The notes under the pieces: model-generated
What the model was told of the DNA's origin: nothing
Database searches by the model: none
The model's input: the letters and a program-made list of their open reading frames with translations, nothing else
Translations under genes and position numbers: made by a program
From: an uncultured bacterium
Lineage (GTDB): Bacteria; Zixibacteria; MSB-5A5; CAIYYT01
Assembly: GCA_963726455.1 (NCBI GenBank)
Contig: CAVSCK010000004.1
Span: 352,001-416,000, forward strand
Direction: 5' to 3'
DNA length: 64,000 bases
In this document: piece by piece, positions 60,727 through 64,000 of the stretch
How positions within the stretch are numbered: position 1 is the first letter of the stretch
How the letters are laid out: each line of letters starts with the position of its first letter

Positions 60727-62081
60727 GCGCGAAAAAGACTGTTTACTTCAAAGGCCTCGGCTGTCCCAAGAACGAGGTCGACGGCGATGTCATTCTTGGC
60801 TACCTGGTCCGTAGAGGCCTCAAAATCGTTGACGATCCGAAGAAGGCAGATTTCCTGATCGTCAACACCTGCGGGTTTATTCAAGCGGCGAAGGAAGAAT
60901 CAATCGAGGAGATTCTAAAGTTGGTCGATGTGAAGAACGGCAACGGTCGCCAGAGGCGGCTTCTTGTCACCGGCTGTCTGGTACAACGCTATGCCGGCGA
61001 TTTGCTGCAACAGATTCCGGAAATCGACGGAATGCTGGGCATTGACCAGTACGACAAGATCGATTCTCTCATTGATTCCGACGCTGCCTATATCACTCGC
61101 CCGCCCAGCAGTTACAAAGATCAGCACTCGATTCAGCTTCTGCGGCAACGCCCGTACGCGTATCTCAAGATTGCCGATGGTTGCGACAATCGCTGCAGTT
61201 ACTGCGCGATTCCACTGATTCGTGGCAACTATCGTTCGCGAACTTTGCGGGCCATCGAGTCAGATGTTGACCGCCTGCTTCAGCACGGTGTATGCGAGTT
61301 GAATCTGATTGCGCAGGATGTCGCTCGCTATGGATTCGATATCGGAAAGAATCCATTGGACTTGCTGCAAATGCTGGAGCGCAAATCGGAGAAGTTCTGG
61401 GTACGTCCATTCTATTTGCATCCGTCGCATTTGACCGACGACATTTTAGATTTCTTTGCTGGCTCAAAGAAATTCTGTAATTATCTGGAGATTCCCTTGC
61501 AGCACGTTAACTCACGGCTGCTAAAGAGGATGAACCGGCATTACGATCGCCCAAAGATTCAGAAACTCCTGGATCGAATTCGGGAGAAACTTTGCGGCGT
61601 TACGTTGCGTACCACATTCATTGTTGGTTTTCCCGGCGAAACCTCCCAGGACTTTGATGAGCTCTGCTCATTCGTAGAGGAGGAAAGAATCAGCCGCGGT
61701 GGCGTATTTGGTTTTAGCCGGGAGGAGGGTACCACCGCATACAAGTTTGACAGTCGTCAAGCGCGGCGCACCATCGCTGCGCGCCAGGAAGAATTGACCC
61801 GCCTGATCAATGAGAACGCAGATGAGTTTAACGCGTCTCTGATCGGTCGCGAGCTGGAGATGATCGTCGAACGTATCGACGCCCGGAGCAAAACAGCAAC
61901 CGGCAGATTATTCTGCGACGCTCCGGAGATTGACTTCACCATTCACACCCCCGTCCGCGCCAATATCGGTTTGGGCTTCTGTAAAGTGCGTGTTACGGAT
62001 TCTTCCCCTGAGGGATTCGTGGGTGATATTGTTGACGCGGGCTCAGAAGGGAGTAACTATGGCCATAGGAAGCCATCTTAA
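60723..62081 (+). CDS. rimO: Ribosomal protein S12 methylthiotransferase RimO (CTG start)
   Basis: LGCPKNEVD, VNTCGFI upstream of the ORF-track start; GCLVQRY, CDNRCSYC, APEID; in-frame TAA at 60687. Confidence 0.93.
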   Translation: MSAKKTVYFKGLGCPKNEVDGDVILGYLVRRGLKIVDDPKKADFLIVNTCGFIQAAKEESIEEILKLVDVKNGNGRQRRLLVTGCLVQRYAGDLLQQIPEIDGMLGIDQYDKIDSLIDSDAAYITRPPSSYKDQHSIQLLRQRPYAYLKIADGCDNRCSYCAIPLIRGNYRSRTLRAIESDVDRLLQHGVCELNLIAQDVARYGFDIGKNPLDLLQMLERKSEKFWVRPFYLHPSHLTDDILDFFAGSKKFCNYLEIPLQHVNSRLLKRMNRHYDRPKIQKLLDRIREKLCGVTLRTTFIVGFPGETSQDFDELCSFVEEERISRGGVFGFSREEGTTAYKFDSRQARRTIAARQEELTRLINENADEFNASLIGRELEMIVERIDARSKTATGRLFCDAPEIDFTIHTPVRANIGLGFCKVRVTDSSPEGFVGDIVDAGSEGSNYGHRKPS

Positions 62082-62841
62082 GTTGCGATCGCGACGCCTG
62101 GCGTTGCGTTTCTTTGCAATTTGTTTGACTCAATCCGTCGTGATGACGTACTTCGTCCTTGATTATACCGACGGTCAAAAACCGCAGCCCTTCGCGCCGG
62201 TTGAAATGAAAGGCGCTGCCGGACAATTCACCATCAATAAAGCTTTGGACCAGCTCTGGACGGGCAATGAGAACCCGGAGGAATTCAAGCTGGCAAGCTT
62301 CACCTGCCATTGTCGGCCGCATACTACCGCTTCGGAGGCGGAACTGGCGGCGCAGAAACGACAGTCGCAAATTGAGCGCATGATTGACGACTTCGAGGTC
62401 GGGTTTACGGCTGATGAGATTACCCAGATAACGCAGGTAATTGACAGCGAAAGTCGTCGTTACAAGTTTGATCCCCGGCTGCTAATGGCAGTGATTCTGA
62501 CTGAAAGTTCCATGCGCATTCAGGCGGTTTCCTGCCAGGGAGCACATGGCCTCATGCAAATCAAGCCCGAAGTAGCCGAGGACTTGGCCCTGCAGCAGGG
62601 AACCGAATGGCGCGGCCAGACGTCACTATTCGATCCGATACTGAACATTAAGCTAGGCAGTTACTACTTGTTTGAATTAATTATCAAGTATGGGGACATC
62701 CACAAAGCCCTGGTCGCCTATAACATGGGCGAGACGGCGATGCGAAATTGCCTGCTGGCAGATCGGCAGTTGCCTTCGGAATATGTGGAAAAGGTAATGT
62801 CACGTTATCAGGAATTGGTGGTGAAATATCCTGATGCTTAG
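62059..62841 (+). CDS. Membrane-anchored SLT-family lytic transglycosylase
   Basis: AVILTESS, GAHGLMQI, NIKLGSYYL, ALVAYNMG; ATG 62059 after GGGAG. Confidence 0.9.
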   Translation: MAIGSHLKLRSRRLALRFFAICLTQSVVMTYFVLDYTDGQKPQPFAPVEMKGAAGQFTINKALDQLWTGNENPEEFKLASFTCHCRPHTTASEAELAAQKRQSQIERMIDDFEVGFTADEITQITQVIDSESRRYKFDPRLLMAVILTESSMRIQAVSCQGAHGLMQIKPEVAEDLALQQGTEWRGQTSLFDPILNIKLGSYYLFELIIKYGDIHKALVAYNMGETAMRNCLLADRQLPSEYVEKVMSRYQELVVKYPDA

Positions 62842-63439
62842 AGCGGCCGCCCTGATGCTGCTGCTTTCTCTCCTGACGGCGCAGTCATCGGGAGTTGCCG
62901 CCATTTCCAACGATCAGTTTTGTGAAAAGGGAGTGGAGAAGCTGGCGGACAGTCTGGCGTCAGCTTTGTCCCTCCCGGCCGACTCTGCGGCTCTTCTGCT
63001 GCCAATCGAGGGGCGTTTTGGGCCTGTTCTTATGGACGGTCTGGTTGCCGGCCTTAAACGCCAGGGTGTCTCAGTCTACCTTGCAAATTCGGAAAATACT
63101 GTAAACAGACCGGTTGTAAAAACAACCGCCGATGATTATCATCTGTCCTATGAAGGCGTACACCGGGGGCTGTTTTCCAGAGGCAGCGTAGCACGAGTGT
63201 TCTCAATTAGCGCATATAGTCAGGTGATGGGCCAGGATGGAAAGATGTGGCGTAGTGCGAGGATTTCCAGTTTGATGTTCAGCGATACGCTCAGCTATGC
63301 CGACGCTCGAACAGCCCGCGGCAAAGATAGTTTTATGTCGCCGGCAATGCCGCCCACGGTGTATAAACGATTGGTGGAGCCGGGCTTGATTCTTGGCATA
63401 ACTGGCGCATTGGTCTATCTTTTCTTTGCATCGCGTTGA
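62834..63439 (+). CDS. Hypothetical protein with signal peptide and C-terminal TM helix
   Basis: Overlaps the SLT stop; ends LVEPGLILGITGALVYLFFASR. Confidence 0.7.
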   Translation: MLRAAALMLLLSLLTAQSSGVAAISNDQFCEKGVEKLADSLASALSLPADSAALLLPIEGRFGPVLMDGLVAGLKRQGVSVYLANSENTVNRPVVKTTADDYHLSYEGVHRGLFSRGSVARVFSISAYSQVMGQDGKMWRSARISSLMFSDTLSYADARTARGKDSFMSPAMPPTVYKRLVEPGLILGITGALVYLFFASR

Positions 63440-63458
63440 GTGAGTTGGAGAGGCATTA

Positions 63459-64000
63459 ATGAGATTGCAGCGACTTGAATCCGGCGTTGTAGCGCTGGCT
63501 CTGATGTTCTTACTGGCAGGATGTGCGGCTCAAAACGCTACGGTGGCTCCGGACGCGCGATCGCAATACGATTTTGCGATGACGGCTTACAATCGTCACC
63601 ACTATAGTCAAGCCATTCTCGATTTCCAGAAGGTGCTGTACAACTACCCCGGTTTGAGTTATGTCGACAGCGCTCAGTACTGGTATGCAATGTCTTATTA
63701 CGGTAACGAGGACTACCATCTGGCCATCCCCGAGTTCCGGCGGCTCATTACGAATTTCCCCAACTCGGCGCTACTCGATGGCGCGGCGTTTATGATCGGG
63801 AAGTGTTACTATGACGCGGCGCCGAAGAACGTTGGACTCGATCAGACTGACACGGAAAACGCCATCCGCGAGTTGACGGCTTTCCTGGAGGATTACCAGT
63901 CGTCGGGTCGCCGTCAGGAAGGGGAATTGCTCCTTTCGGAAGCAATCGAAAAAATGACGGAAAAAGAATTTCAGGCAGGCCGCCAGTATTATCGCATGAG
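63459..64000 (+). CDS. bamD: Outer membrane protein assembly factor BamD (partial, runs off window)
   Basis: Lipobox LAGC; AQYWYAMSYY, FRRLITNFPNS, LDQTDTENAI, FLEDYQSS TPR pattern; not in the ORF track. Confidence 0.88.
   Translation, partial: MRLQRLESGVVALALMFLLAGCAAQNATVAPDARSQYDFAMTAYNRHHYSQAILDFQKVLYNYPGLSYVDSAQYWYAMSYYGNEDYHLAIPEFRRLITNFPNSALLDGAAFMIGKCYYDAAPKNVGLDQTDTENAIRELTAFLEDYQSSGRRQEGELLLSEAIEKMTEKEFQAGRQYYRM

Overview
64-kb, ~54% GC (eye estimate) chromosomal segment of an FCB-group diderm bacterium, most likely candidate division Zixibacteria (inferred from the '[19 protein letters not shown]' dockerins, the NxPNPFN-type C-terminal sorting domains and the Bacteroidota-type bS22). 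Almost all genes are on the + strand. Housekeeping blocks (prmA-rsmE-prepilin peptidase-sensor kinase; xseA-xseB-ispA-dxs-nadK; lapA-lapB-mutS-mutL-miaA-mltD-sppA-HU-bS22; dinB, dapF, argS, lptD, ftsK-lolA-rimO-SLT-bamD) are interrupted by secreted multidomain proteins. No rRNA, tRNA, CRISPR array, integrase or transposase was seen. Most interesting signals: (1) an unannotated ~74-nt minus-strand transcription unit at 6838-6911 with a correctly spaced sigma54 -24/-12 promoter, IHF-like sites, a candidate enhancer and its own terminator, i.e. a candidate sigma54-dependent sRNA; (2) a cohesin-like/propeller/BACON surface protein flanked by dockerin-bearing proteins including peptidases, suggesting a cellulosome-like proteolytic complex; (3) a DapF with both catalytic Cys replaced by Ser and a strongly remodelled AroA-fold protein; (4) many apparently leaderless genes and a forced CTG start for rimO; (5) an in-frame TAA splitting an S8 protease from its sorting domain and a cluster of 1-nt indels at 30.6-32.5 kb that may be assembly errors. 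All calls come from manual motif recognition; no searches were run.
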